DNA from: Hypanus sabinus
Taxonomy: Eukaryota
Direction of reading: 5' to 3'
Assembly (NCBI RefSeq): GCF_030144855.1
Contig: NC_082723.1
Location: 35,526,001-35,590,000 of the forward strand
DNA: 64,000 nt
How positions within the stretch are numbered: the stretch's first letter is position 1; each line of letters starts with the position of its first letter. Positions 1 through 14,000 of this stretch are shown here, one piece after another. Made by a program: the position numbers and the translations under genes. The notes below the pieces were generated by a model. That model did not search any database and was not told the DNA's origin. It worked only from the letters and a program-made list of their open reading frames with translations.

Positions 1-1157
1 ACTGTGGCCGTCTTTGCAGAGAATGCAAAGAGAGGTGGAGGGACAGGTAGTGTATGGAGGTAGGGAGTCTGCAGAACCAAGAGTACATCGCTTTGTGGAT
101 CCAGAACTGGCTTGCCCACAGAAGGCAAAGAGTGGTTGTACACAGGTCATATTCTGCATGGAGGTCAGTGACCAGTGGTGTGCCTTAGGGATCTGTTCTG
201 AGACCCCTACTCTTCATGATTTTTATAAATTACCTGGATGAGGAAGTGGAGGGATGGGTTAGTAAATTTGCTGATGACAGAGGTTGGAGGTATTGTAGAT
301 AGTGTGGAGGGCTGTCGGAGGTTACATTGAGACATTGATAGGTTGCAAAACTAGGCTGAGGAGTGGCAGATGGAGTTCAACCCAGAGAAGTGTGAAGTGG
401 TTCATTTCGGTTGGTCAACTATGATGGCAGAATATAGTATTAATGGTAAGACTTTTGGCAGTGTTGGAGGATCAGAGGGATCTTGTGGTCAGAGTCCATA
501 AGACACTCAAAGCTGCTGTGCAGGTTGACTCTGTGGTTAAGAAAGCATACAGTGCATTGGCCTTCATCTATCGTGGGATTGAGTTCAGGAGCCGAGGGGT
601 AATGTTGCAACTCTATAGGACCCTGGTCAGACCCCACTTGGAGTACTGTGCTCAGTTCTGGTCATCTCACTACAGGAAGGATGTGGAAACCATAGAAAGG
701 GTGCAGGGGAGATTTACAAGGATGTTGCCTGGATTGGGGAGCATTCCTTACGAGAATAGGCTGAGTGAACTCGGCCTTTTTTCCATGGAGCGATGGAGGA
801 TGAGGGGTGTATAATATGATGAGAGACATTGATCATGTGGATAGTCAGAGGCTTTTTCCCCAGGGCAGAAATGGCTAGCATGAGGGGACACAGTTTTAAA
901 GTGTTTGAAAGTAGGTACAGAGGAGATGTCAGGGGTAAGTTTTTTATGCAGAGAGTGGTGAGTGTGTGGAATGGGCTGCCTGCGATGGTGGTGGAGGCGG
1001 ATACGATAGGGTTTTTTAAGAGACTCCTGGACAGGTAATGGAGCTCAGAAAAATAGAAGGCTATGGGTAACCATGGGTAACTACTAAGGTAACGACATGT
1101 TCGGCACAGCTTTGTGGACCAAAGGGCCTGTATTGTACTGTAGGTTTTCTATGTTTA
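1..1157 (+). mobile_element. CR1 LINE, 3' part of ORF2 (RT) plus 3' tail, degenerate
   Basis: Translations contain LYRTLVRPHLEYCAQFWS, RGKFF..RVVSVWNGLP and DLVVRVH; ends in a TTTTCTATGTTT tail; frameshifted. Confidence 0.92.
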
Positions 1158-1660
1158 TAATTTTGGGCCCTGTATTTAAGGAAAGATATGCTAACCCTTG
1201 ATGGGGGTCCAGAGGATGGTCACAAGAATGATAGGCTTAACGTATGAGGTGAGTTTGACGGTTCTGAGTTTCTACTCAGTGGAGTTCAGAAGGATATGGG
1301 TAGAGGGATGACTTCACTGAAAACAACCAGACATTGAAAGGCCGGGATATTTCTGTTCGTACTAGAGTCTAGGATCCAAAGGCATGGTCTCAGAATAAAG
1401 GTACGTCCCTTTAAGAGTGAGGGGAGGATTTTCTTCTGCCAGAGGCTGGTGAATCCTTGGAATTTGTTGCCACAAAGAGCAGTGAAGGCTGTGTCTCTGG
1501 GTTTATTTAAGACAGAAATTGATGGATTCTTAATTTGTAAGGGGCGAAGGGTTGTAGAGAGAAGGCAGGAGAGTGAGGCTTAAAAAAAATCAGTCAGAAT
1601 TGAATGGCAGAGCATACTTGATAGATCAAATGGCCTGACTCTGCTCCTGAATCTTGTCAT
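1158..1660 (+). mobile_element. Older CR1 LINE 3' fragment, different subfamily
   Basis: TTTGGGCCCTGTATTTAAGGAAAGATAT...GAATTGAATGGCAGAGCA...AAATGGCCTGACTCTGCTCCT match the CR1 3' ends at 22860-23700 and 50146-50530. Confidence 0.75.
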
Positions 1661-2447
1661 CTAAATTGCTGTATTTTAGCAGATGCAACAACAGTTAAAT
1701 CTTAAGTAGCAAAATTGGGAATTGCCTCTCTTCTAGAAGGGTACTTATTGTTAATAAATACAAGGAGTAATTAATATGACTAATAAGATCATACGAAAAG
1801 CAACGTCATTTAAATTCGTCTGATGAACTGCTCCATTTATGTTCAGTAGCATGACTAATGCTGCCGTGGAGAATCTGACTCTGGTCTAATGGTCATGCGC
1901 CTCATCTGCTGAACAATAAACACAATGATGTGTGGTCTTTTAATGAGACAAGTATGTAAATATGCAGATTGAACTGCTGCCAATTTTTGTTCTTTTAAAT
2001 TCTTTGTGGGCCACACATGTAAATCATCTTGAAATTACAGCACAAGCAGAATTGTTCATCTAAGAGTTCATTGTCTTTACAGTTAGAGCCAATCCTATTT
2101 AAATATCATTCTTGTAATACCCTTTTCAAATACTAATCCAGTCACTTCAGTGACTTCATAGTTTCAGTCTCAACTTGTAAAGCAGAAAACATTTTTCCTG
2201 TCATTTTAAAATCGGGTACACACATAAGTGAATTATAAAAGGAATGAGGTGAAATGAGTAGATTTTATTTTGGGCACTAAGATGTATCTGTAGTGTTCTA
2301 CTCAAAATAGAAGCAGATTCAGTAATAATTTTCATAAGGATTTGAAAAATTACTCGCAAGGAAAAGCATTTGCAAAGTTGCAAAGCAAGGGCTAATTGAG
2401 AGTTCAGGCACAACAGTTTAAATGGCCGCCTTCTGCTCTCCTGTGCT

Positions 2448-2511
2448 TCTAGCTTCATCTTGGTATAGCATATGACAATCTAGCTTCATTTTGGTACAAC
2501 ATATGACAATC
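2448..2511. repeat. Tandem duplication, 31-bp unit x2
   Basis: TCTAGCTTCATCTTGGTATAGCATATGACAA / TCTAGCTTCATTTTGGTACAACATATGACAA. Confidence 0.9.
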
Positions 2512-4309
2512 CTGAATCCATGGCACATATATCAGTTGGCCAATCAGTCCTTTGCTATCTTTCCTCTCTAAATATCTCATAGGTGAAACTCCAAAGCTTC
2601 ATTTGTCATGAGCTTCATCAACAGCAAATCAGTTGCATTACTAAAACACAACCTTATGAGTACAAACCACAGTTTTATTCTTAATCTCTTTTCTTTGACC
2701 TCTTATTGGGGCTTGTCATGTTAAAGATTTCTATCTGTATTTCTGTTATGCTGTTTAAAAACCCTAATTATTTAGGACATTCTATCCCGGTCACTCTTTC
2801 TGAAATGTATTGCTGCACATTTGTGTTCATCAGCATTATACCCACTTCGCGAGTTTCAATGACCTACAATCTTTTGTATTCTTCCTCGGAATTTGCTGGC
2901 AACCAGCCACTCATGTTCCCTGCTCTTAGAGCATCCTTTGACTTCTCCTCTTACCACCTTCTCTCTGTCCATGGGTTTGCATTTTCATTACCGATGACCT
3001 CTTTATTCTCAACAGAGCCAGGCAAGTAAATCTTGGAAGAGATTACAGCACAGCAGGATTGTTCACTACACTTAAGTGTTCACTGCATTTTAACTCTTCA
3101 GTTATAAATAATTACATTTAAATGTCAATCTCGTAGCCTTCTATATTTTGAATTCAAATACTAATCCAGTCATTTAAGACCTCTTTTGAGAAGGTGCTCA
3201 ATCTACTCAATTGCTTTTATTTTCATGCTGAAAAGAACAAGGAGTTGTTTACAAATCTATTCTAATGGCCATTGACTAGTCCCCTTTAAATGTATGTTAA
3301 CCCATAAGTGGGTTAATTGCTCAGATATAAGAGCCAGTTGCATGGCATATCCTGACTTCTTGAGCAGTGATATATTTGCCTTTCTATGGACTGTTGTCAT
3401 GATTCTTGCAGTTTCTGGAAAATTATGGTTTTTATCTGTGTTACCTTTATTTCTCCTTCAGCATTTGGGATGCAGGGTGCTTAAATATTGTCATTTATTA
3501 GTACCAAATGCTCCTGCAAAATGCATTAAAGTAATCTGATTTGACACATAATGTTCTTAGTTGGCAAGCACAAATTTTCCCTGACGCTAACATAGCAGTG
3601 TCTAATCTATAAACATTTAAGCCTTTTAACCTCCTGCACCCAATTCAGAAGATTGTCTTTAGAAGGTGGAAACTGTAATTTTACTGCTGAGTATTTCATT
3701 TTCAACCCTGTTTATCTATTTCAGGTAACAGATTTGATTTCACTGAAATCCTTGGAATTTAATCACTATAATTAATTTTATTCACTTGTATTACTTTGCT
3801 GTTGCATACAGCACTTAAGCCTTTAATATAAATATGAACAAGGTGACACAACAAATAATTAATTTACAATCTGAGGGAGATAAATATTTCCACTTGTCTA
3901 AAGTTAGCAGTCTATAACCTGGACAAGTAAACTGTACCAGCTGGAACTCTGCTCAGGTCTAATGGAAATTCAGTGCAGCCGTAATGCAAGTCCTGGAGCA
4001 ATTGCTGATACCATTGAAGAAGTAAAGACCAAAATATTAGTTTTAATCTTTTACTGTGTATGTTCAGTTTTTTTAAAACTATTAACAGAGACATGGTAAA
4101 TGTCCCTGCTAATTTATAGAACATTGAATTGGTTTGGCACATTGTGGGCCAAAGGGTCTGTACTAATCTATTCTCTAAAGGAAATAATATGTTTGGAGCT
4201 GTATCTATGGTTAAGTTAAAAGAAAGAATGAACGCACTTATTCTCCCAAATTTGATTTTTTAAAAAAGATAGTGTGTTTTCTGGACAAGATGACCTTTGG
4301 GTTTTGCTT

Positions 4310-4725
4310 ACCCGGAGAAATTGGTGGTAGCAGAATATTGCATCCACGATGGCCATAGGACTGACTTCGGCACAAAGCAATGTACCGCACCAATGGCTTT
4401 GGGGACTGCCTGGTGAAAGAAGCCATTGAAATAAAAATAGAGCAAAAGAATTTTAACAAAGATGAAGGTCTCGCTCCAGGAAAGAACTGGAATTTGATTG
4501 TAAACAAGGTTGGAGATTGGAAACCTGATGGGTTGAGGAACAACCAATCAGGAGGGATGGACAACTGGTATTACCACTGGACTAGACATGCCTAGGTATC
4601 ATCCCTGATGAAGGTGGCAGTTTGTCATCAAAACATTGGTTAAAGTCAATACCTGTGCCCGGCTGGAAGCCTGAGAAGAGTTATTTGTCTTAAATGCAAG
4701 GGAAGCACTGGATCCTTTTTCAAGA
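4310..4725 (+). mobile_element. Penelope-like retroelement 3' fragment (end of GIY-YIG endonuclease region) with degenerate hammerhead motif
   Basis: ORF 4380-4595 has LVKEAIEIK..KNFNKDEGL...W, resembling the PLE C-terminal (K/R)EAIEI..N.NRD.G motif; followed by CCTGATGAAG-GTGGCA..TGTCATC-AAAAC at ~4604-4634. Confidence 0.75.
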
Positions 4726-5624
4726 TGACCTTTCATCCATACTACTTGCTACAATATTTTTAAAACTTGAATTCACTACTCCTTGGCACTAGAGATCTAA
4801 ATAATGGGTTAGAATCATGTAGCAGAGATGGAGATCCTGCACTTTGTTTTCTTTCTTTGATCTACAGTATTTTCTTTTCCAAATGACCATTCAATTCCAT
4901 TTTGAAAACTGCTATTGAATCATGTTTCCCCATGCATTTAGAAATACCATCACTGCTTGAAAACCTTTTCACTCATTTGCAAACATAACCCCATCAAAAC
5001 TTGCAACCAAATTCAAACCATTCACTTCAATGTAAACATCCATTAGGAAATAACGCTCCTTGTAAAGATTAAATTTTGGAATGTTCATACTTTGCTAACC
5101 TGATTAAAATATTAATCTTGATGAATTTGCATTTTTAAAAAATCCAGATGTAATTTTCTTTATCTCCGTTGTTCTCTCGCCCTACCCTCTCAGCAGCAAA
5201 AAATAAATGCTCATTGTTGTAGAAGATCCTGTAAATAAACAATTGATGTAGTAAAATTACATGATAATTCAGAATGAGCTTGTAATTCAAGGTTAATTTT
5301 CCTGGTTGGGAGGTTCAAGTGTTTGTCAAAAAGACCCATCTCATTATTTGAGAACAGTATTTTTATTTTTTTCCCTCAAGTTCAATCATGCAACAATTGA
5401 TCATTTCTCTTCTTGTTATTTTTGAGCACTTCTTCATCAGGCGGTACTGTGGTTACATGCAAATCAGAAAACTGCACAGTGTAAACCGTTGTAGTTTCTG
5501 ACAGCTGGTCATTACTTGATAATATGAAATTCAGTTAAAATCAATGGGAGCAACTGTTTTCTTTTTGGTGCTTGTAAGCATTTTTTTACACAGCGTGTTA
5601 ATGGCCTTTACACTTCATTTTCAG

Positions 5625-5694
5625 ACAGTAATCTAAGGCTGTTTGTGAGCAGAGATGGAACAACAGCACTCAGTGGCATTCAGCTGGGTAACAG
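5625..5694 (+). CDS. EEIG1: EEIG1/FAM102A penultimate coding exon: (D)SNLRLFVSRDGTTALSGIQLGN(R)
   Basis: TTTTCAG acceptor and GTGGGT donor; 70 nt, phase 1 to 2; peptide matches the remembered FAM102A C-terminal region DSNLRLFVSRDG..LSGIQL. Confidence 0.92.
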
Positions 5695-6119
5695 GTGGGT
5701 TTCATACATTGTACAATCAGTGAATGCAATTAATGGGCCTGATACTGCAACCCAATTATCTGAAAGGCCAATTATTTAGTGGGTTTCTTTTTTCAAAATG
5801 AACTTGGTACTTTCCTCAAAATGACTATTTTTGACGTTTGTCTTGGATTATATGGCTGGCCTTCAGTTTTGTCTTTCCATGCTTGGGAACACAATGTAAC
5901 GGGGAAGCATTTTAACTTTCTAAAATTTTTTGCCCTTTTAAATCTACAACAGCTTTAATGTTGTATAAGAATGTTTACTCCTGCTCCCAGTGAGATCACC
6001 TGTGATCCTGTTAGAAGTTCCATAAGTTGACCTTTGCCCATACTCTATCTTCTCCTTGGTTAACTGAAATCCATGTTGTTGGTCTGTGTGAGTAATAAAT
6101 GTTGTTACCTTCTTTACAG

Positions 6120-6165
6120 GGTATCAGCGGGTGTCTTTGAGCCTGTTGTTATTGAGAGCCGTTGA
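6120..6165 (+). CDS. EEIG1: EEIG1/FAM102A last coding exon: (R)VSAGVFEPVVIESR*
   Basis: TTCTTTACAG acceptor, phase compatible with the previous exon, TGA at 6163-6165; resembles the mammalian C-terminus RVSSGVYEPVVIESH; adjacent to DPM2 as in human. Confidence 0.92.
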
Positions 6166-9100
6166 GAAGCTTGTGGGTCGCTCTGAATCTACTAACCACT
6201 TCCCATTCAAGTTCCACATCTACTGCACATCTAATCTCATCACCAAATCACGCCGCCCGCCCATACAGCTGGACTGAAGGAGGGTGGCTGCTTCTATCCA
6301 ATATCCCTCAGTATTGGCAGATGTTGATTCACACAGCATTGGAGTGATGAGCATTTGGTTTTGTTGTAAAACCTACTGAACCAATGCTGGAATTGAATTT
6401 TAGGTAAAACCTTTTTTTTTTGAAAGCCTACTTGAGAAATCATTTTAAAACAAAACATTTAAATACCAAAGCCATTTGGCTGTGATCATTTGAAAAGGGG
6501 ATAGCTTTTTTATAAGACGCCGTGACATTAATTCATGACATACCAGAGCATGTATAAAAGATCTCTCTCCTGAGAAGTTTGCAGACCAAGGCTGTGAGCA
6601 GCATGTTAGTCCACAAATCTTTCTTTGACTGTGATATTATTTTTGAATGCCCTTGAAGATTTTAATTGTGCTTGCCCCAGGCATTGGTGTGTGGCAGGAT
6701 TGCTAGTTAGGTTTACATGGACAAACTTGATTGTGATTCTGATCACAAGAAAAGCACACAAATTTTCCTTTAATTTAAAAAATAAATACCATGACAATAG
6801 TTTTTCACATCAGCTGTCAGGGAAAGATGGAGCTATCTATGTTTAATGATAACCATGATAATCCAATTCCAAATAAAACTCCAATCATTCCAATTCCAAT
6901 TGATGAGTCAACCATGACGCCACTAGAGTGTACTTAAAATACTGTGAAGTCGTTGCACTGAGTATTCAAGTAACCATTTGGGTGTTGGACTTCTGAAATA
7001 AAGTTATAGGATGTTATTTTGTTTCATTTTGTAGTGACTATTCTTGTCTTCTGATATTTCTTATGCTAGTCAGGGACTCAGCACCTTTGTGCAGTTTTTT
7101 TTTTCCTTTTAATAATGTATGTTAAAGGGCCATATTTCTTTTAGACAGGTTTATTTTGGTTTTAAATCGTTGCTGAAAGAGGAGAAAAAGTCAAATTGTT
7201 TTAACCTGTATTTTATGAACACTTAAAGGACAATGGCTGATTTTAAATATTCAAGGGAAGAATTATACTTAAGTGGCATCTAATGCAATTACAATAACCA
7301 AATTTTTAAAATATTCAGATAAAAGTATATTCAGTAGCGATAAACAATGGGTTACTGAACCAGACATTTGTGACCTCTATCACCTTTAAATTGAGCTCAA
7401 ATGTCCATAAAACCTTTGGGCAGTCCTCTTTACTGAAGATATTTTCTTAAACTATTATATTTTGAGCATAGATTCCTATTCTAAAATTGAGATGATCCTC
7501 AAAGTTTGTTGGTAAGTGTCCTTTATTACTAGCTTTTATTTTTGCTTAAAACAGTTCCTTTCCAAATCAAAGTTAATTTTTCAGGATTGATTCTGGACCA
7601 GTGAAATGAATTTAACTACCCTATTAATGAGTCCAAGTTAAAGAAATTTTACAGAATTCTGCTGCATAGCATTAATAACTATGTTACCTATAACACTGCT
7701 GCTGGGGAACTTCATTCTTGCCAGTACAAATATCTAGTGATGAAAATTTTGATGTCCCAGTACTGCAGTACATCCCCATTATCTACTGTTTAACTCTGGT
7801 AGATTGAGTGAATATTCTTGTTCTTGGACTTTGCAGTTCTGAGCCAGTTTGCTGTCATCAGCATTGTTGCCTCTGGAACAAATGACTCCATTTATGTCTA
7901 GAAGCTTTGGCTCTTTTGTGATGTCATATTCTGCTCCTGAATATCTTGGCATTTGTTAGCTATGCACTTTGAGGATTTGAACACTCTGCACCATTCACGT
8001 CGTCTTGCTATTGCATGTCATCTGTGAATATTGTGGCTTGATTGACGTACTGTGAATGGTTAACGTACATGATTTGTATCTGTGGTATATTGAGGCCTAG
8101 AACACAAGGCTGCAATGAATATGTCCTAATTCTTTAGTACTGTTTTAATAACTGTTCTGTAATAACTAGTATAAGAAAACACATTAGCTTGTTATCTATA
8201 AATGCACAGTAAAAATTAACATTTTACCTGCTGAGACAATTAAGTAACATATGCAGCAGATTCACAGATAATTAAATATACTTTCTTTCTAAGTCTGCAT
8301 ATTTGTTTAAATAATCTTTTTGGAATAGCTCTTTAGCCACAGCAAATGTTCTTTAAGCAGTAAAAGAATGTCCATTTGGCCAGCATGCACATATAATAAA
8401 GGTTAAAAAAATGGTGCCATTTGATAATGGTGTTGCTGCTGGTAAGCCAGTCACCATGTCAAGTTCCACCCCAAACAAAAATGGCTTCTAGATATCCACA
8501 TTCCATGATGAAGTTAAGCATGCTTATCTGCAGAGTGGAACTTTGAAGAGTTTGTTTCCACTGCTGAGATGGAGAATTGCTGAAACATTAGATAATGCTT
8601 ATATTGTGCAAATTTAAACCAGGATTTTTTGATTATTACCCAAATATGTTGATCATTGGACCTTCACAGGCAAAAAAAAACATGAGTTGAATTCAACCTT
8701 GAAAGTAGGGTAACCCAAGTTAATAAGAGTTTTAGGAACCCATTTTCTCTAAGCAAAATGATTCAAGAAAATCTGAGTGGCTTCTGATGCATATTTACAT
8801 CCAGTTGTGCAGCTTAGAGGCTTTAGCTGCATTTAGTTCAAGGTTATGGGTTATGTAATAGAAAAAGGAATGTTTGGCATAAGTAAATCTTTAATACCCT
8901 TATTATTTGGATTGAATTGTACATTCACACCTATTTTGCAACTTGTTGCCATTGGTTCTTTAGCTGACGCCATCTCCTCCATACCCTCTCCCATTGTTCT
9001 CACCCTTCTCCAATACATCCAATTTGCATTTTACTGAGAGGACACTCTCAATGTGCACAATTAATGGATGGTACTAATCCTCTGCAGCAGTTGTATATTA

Positions 9101-12100
9101 AAGTTCAGAGAAAATGGGAGGAATTAAACACCTCTTTTCAAATCAACATTGTTCCATGCCCCACACAATATAGGTCAATAGATATGCTTAATCTTAGCAT
9201 TGTGTGTTTTACAAGTACGCTCCATACAAAATAATTTTTATTTAATTTTTGATGGGGATCTGGATGATGCAGGCAAGTCCAGCGTTTATTTTCAATTCCC
9301 CATTCTTTATTGCTCTTCAGAAAATGTGGGGGAGCTGTTACCGTTCATAACCACTGCTTGTGATGGTATTCACAGATAGCTGTTAGGGAGGGAATTCCAG
9401 GAGTTGAACTACATGGCAATAATGGAACACTGCTTTTCCTGATCAAGAAAATGTGTGTCATGGAGGGGGAACATGCAACTCATGGTGCTCTTCTGCACTT
9501 GTTGCCCTTGTTCTTCTTGATGGTAGAGCTTGCGGGTTTGGAAAGTGCTTTTGGCGTGGCCAAGGCAAATGACTGCGATGCATTTTGTACATTGGTACAC
9601 ATTGCAACTTCTGTTCGCAGGTTGTAAAGGGGATGGAAGATGAGGCACCAATCAAGTGAACTACTTTGTCCTGGGTGGTGTTGGGCTCTTTGCAAATTGT
9701 TGGAGCAGTCCTTATCTAGAGAATATTTCATTTATGTGCCTTGTAGATAGTGAAAAGGATTGAGTGTTTCAGGAAATCACTCACTGTAGGATATCTGGTG
9801 TCTGACCAATTCTTGTGGCTCCTTTATTTGGGTAACTGGGCCAATTGCTTTTCTGGTCACTGGTGATTTCCAGGATCTTGATGGTAGGGATCTCAGTAAG
9901 GATAATGGACATTAAGGATAAATTATTAGTATTTCCTTTTGCAGGTCACTGCTGGGCCCCTGTGTTGGGTGAATATCACTTGCCACTTATCAATCCTTGC
10001 CTGATACATCTGCAAGCATTGATCATTTGATTTGCTGAGTTGTGAATGGAATTGAATATCAGCAAAATATCTCAATTTTTACCCGTATGATGGAAGCTAG
10101 ATCGTTGAAGCTGAAGATGGTTAGGTTTAGGATGTGGCTCTGAGGAGCTCCTGTATTAGTGGTTTAGACTTCAATGCCCACAACCATCTTCCTTTTTGCG
10201 AAATACGACTGCAGTCATTGGAGATTTCCCCCTTGATGCCATTCACTTCAGCTTTACTAGGGTTCCTTGGTGAAATACTGCCTTAATGTAAGAGTCACTT
10301 TCTTTTTTGGAATTCAATTCTTTGGTTCCTGTTGAGGCCATGTGTTGAGATGTGAGGCCAAGTAGTCCTGGTGGAATCTTATCTGGGCAATGGTGTGGAT
10401 GTTCCTGAGTAAATTCCACTTGATGGCAACATTACCAACATGGCCATTGATTGAGACTGAATGGGTATAATTAGCCAGAGGGCGTTGTCCTTTATTTTGT
10501 GAACAGGACATACCCAGACAGTTTTTGTCAGGTACATTCCTGTGACTTTTCTGAAATAGCTAGGCTTGAAGCACAGCTGGTTCTGAAATGCTTGTTCAAT
10601 AAAAGCTATAGATTTGATACCCAATGTTTTCTAGTTAATTCTCCATAGGTTTATTGCTGATAATTTGACAAAAATGATAGTGAATAAACAAGATAGTTAA
10701 AGAAAAAAAATATTAAATACTTTGTGTACTGGTAGTTTTTTGTCCTCTTGAGTTTTACTAATTAAAAAAAAATGGCCACCAGCAACAATATCCTTACAGT
10801 CAAGGAAAATAGCCAACAATTTCTAGACATTCAGTATTTCAGGAATTGATCTCCGTATCATTTAGCTTTTGTGTCACATGTCGAGATGGAGATCTAAAAT
10901 AGATTGCTAACTTCCTAATCTTCCAATTTTGAATCGGGGTTCTTCAAGTATATGTTAATAGACAAGTAGCAATATGTCATTAGAAAATCTTGTGTAATTC
11001 ATTGTGCATGAAATACTCATCTAATATACAGCCCTTTCTCCGATTCCTGGATCAAGAGAAATTAAACTTTTTGGGTGCTGTTGAAATGCAATTTTCTGCA
11101 TCAACAAAACCAACAGAGCAGTTTCAAATTAGAACCTCCTGCTTTTGTGTTTTAATAACTTCTGATTATTGGAGATTAGGATATTCTTTTAATCAGAGTT
11201 TAAAGTAAATTTTCTAACGAAACACATTTTTCCCCAAGCACTTTTTTTTGTTCTACTTATTTATGAGGTAGGATCACAAATGACTGTCAGGCTCACAGTG
11301 AAGTAACTTTAACTCTTGCAGTGCTTTGAATGAAGTAATTCCACACCGCATTGTCACTGACTCTGAGCTCTGTGCTGTGGCTTGATGTTGCCAATAAAAT
11401 ACCCAATTATATTCAACCAAAGCTAGCTATTGATAACTAATGTAGAGCACCAGCCTTTTAATTATTTTATCTTAGAACCCCTCAAACCATTTTCATTACA
11501 ATTCCTGCTTTTTTTTTGTATTGTTCTTTGGTTGAAAAGTTGATGGGTGATCTTGCCAGTTCTCTTATTAACTTCCCCTGTGCATATTCTGTGATGCCAT
11601 CACAGCATTATAAAGTACAAAGCCATCTCTGAAATCCTTGTGTGATCAGGCAAGCCTAGGGATCAAGGAAGTCAGACCTACAAAGCAAATCCACAATGGA
11701 AGTTGCACTTGTTTAAAAACCACATAACAACATTAACTTAAAAGGGAAGGCAAGACATTTTAGTTAAAAACAAAATCTAACACATGGGGTTTCCTGTTAA
11801 TGAAGATGATGGATTGCACCAACAAATACAAGTCCCCAAAAGGCTATATTCACTCAAAAAACTTAGCTTTTGAGTATGGTATGTGATTTTTGCTTTATCC
11901 GGTCCATGATTAAGATACTGTAATAGCTATTAATCCATTTTAGAGCTCAGGTGTACTGCTTTTTACAACTTACTTTGCCAATCAGACTTTTTTGTTACTG
12001 TTTAGTGATTGCTTTTTATATGTGAAACTGTGTCCAGTTTTGACCACTGTTGTAGGAACTTTTTTTGTATTACAGTACTTATAACCAGCAGGCTGGTTGT

Positions 12101-14000
12101 GTCCTTTTTTGCCATAATGAGTTGCTTACCTAAAATCAAGGGCATCTCCCTGTGACATTTTTTTAAAAAATGTTTAGAACATTGCATTTAAGTGATTGTT
12201 TCTGATTTTTGTTGTAAAAGGCAGCATTTTTTTTGGTATTATAGTGAATGAGAATTTATACTGGACTGTTGTAACCTCCTCTGACTAAAGATGATTGGAT
12301 AATGGAGTGCCATCTAGCCACACCGAAGGCAGTCTCTGTCCATTTAGGATAATAATGAATCATCAAGGCCCTATTTAATTTCTATGGTACATCAAAGCAA
12401 TTAACACAATATTGATAAACATAGCAAAGATTTTCTATGCCACTTCAAGATGCTGCAGCAACAATTAAAGCAATTGATTAAAACACATGTTGGCTCCAAT
12501 TAAATGCACTCATAATAAATACAGTGCTTTCTATGGACAAAATACACTATTTGGATTGGGAAGTGTTGGGTAGGTAACACTTTGAGATGCAAGTAATAAA
12601 TCCAAATCAAACTTGGGACATTAAACTTTTTTGATCCTGTAACTTTCTAGAATCTTCACCTCTTTGAAGCTGGATTACTATGATCAACAGTATGGTTATG
12701 ATGCATTTCCTTTCCATGTAACAAGTAGTCTATAGATCTGTTACTGTGCACAGCAAAATTTCATAATTGAATATCTTACAAATAATGAGTAAAATGTGAG
12801 TACAACATGTGAACATTTGCTTCATACTAAAGAAATATTTTGTCACTTTTAGACTAATTTGTGCAACTAGAAGTGGTAGGTTGTGTGCTGCTGTGAGGGA
12901 GATGTTTTGAGATATTGTTTCATTAATAAAGAATAAAAGTAATTGGAAGCAGGTTTTTAAAAAAACAGTTAAAAGGGGATTCCATTGTAAACCAATAGGC
13001 TAATTGTTGTAAAATGCCTCAGTACCAGGCATTTTGTTTTCAAAGGAAGAAGTGAGGGAAGAATTGAAATTCACTGTATGCTTCATAAACCACTGTTGAT
13101 CTGTGTTCTGGAAGCGTGTTAGTTATTTAAAAGCATAGAACAGGTTTACTAATTACAAAATCAACGGCAGATGTTTTATTTCAAAAGCTGGTTATTGAGT
13201 GCACTGCGTTACATTGGCCATTTAATTCATTTGAGTTCTGCTTGTAACAGTTGTCTCAAGGTTCAGTAGTACATATGAGAGAAATGACGTGCTTTATGGA
13301 TTTTAAAACTAATGAGCAACATTAAAATTGGTCTGTTTTCAAACTTAGTTTGTACTTAACTTTTTTAATTGAATGATTAAATGCCATAACACAAACCCAA
13401 CAAGTTTTCCAAAAGTGTCATTGATGTACCTGTACCTGTTGGGGTAGAACATTAAAATGATAAGATAAATTTATCAACTCTGTTCAACCAGCTGTCTTTG
13501 GGGCAAATGATGTGTGGCTATCTGGCACTCCTTGTCATAAGTGATGGTGTATATTTCAGAATGGGATTTGAAGCTATGCATTGGGAGTCCAGGCCCTTCA
13601 ATAGATGAATTTAACATTTTCTGAAATGACCTAACTCTCAACTAAAGTTGAATGATGACAAAAGAGTTCTATGATTTTGCTTAAAAAGGTGTAACAGAAT
13701 GTATTCCAAATGATATATTTAGACACTTATTTTTGTGATTCAATGGAGGTGGGTGTACAGGTTTCTTAAATGCCCAGAGGATGTGGAATTTATAGAAATG
13801 TTTATCAGCTGGAATATTGTATAACATTTAGATATGTTTAGAATGCACAATGAACTGTAATTGGTTAAAAGATATTTGTATTAAGGTTATTTGTTTCATA
13901 TTTTAAAGTGTAACTATAGGACAGTATCATGTAATACTGTGTTTCTGGGAAATGATATTGGGTACCCGTATTAACAATAAAAGCTGTTATTTTGTGTTTA
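6166..14000 (+). other. EEIG1: Probable long 3'UTR of EEIG1; true end uncertain
   Basis: AT/U-rich and almost free of young TEs compared with the flanks; several AATAAA hexamers, with a distal one at ~13976 followed by a GT/T-rich tract. Confidence 0.45.
9248..10620 (-). mobile_element. Old L2-clade LINE fragment, antisense
   Basis: Begins GATGGGGATCTGGATGATGCAGGCAAGTCCAGCGTTTATT..CCCA, the reverse complement of an L2-type tail (GGG..AATAAA.GCTGG.CTTGC); related starts at ~43168 and ~38055. Confidence 0.6.

Noticed and set aside
443-1038. RT-like ORFs here and at 17721-18308, 32143-33169 and 53227-54196 as functional genes
   Set aside because: Frameshifted, stop-containing LINE remnants; no intact ORF2 in the window
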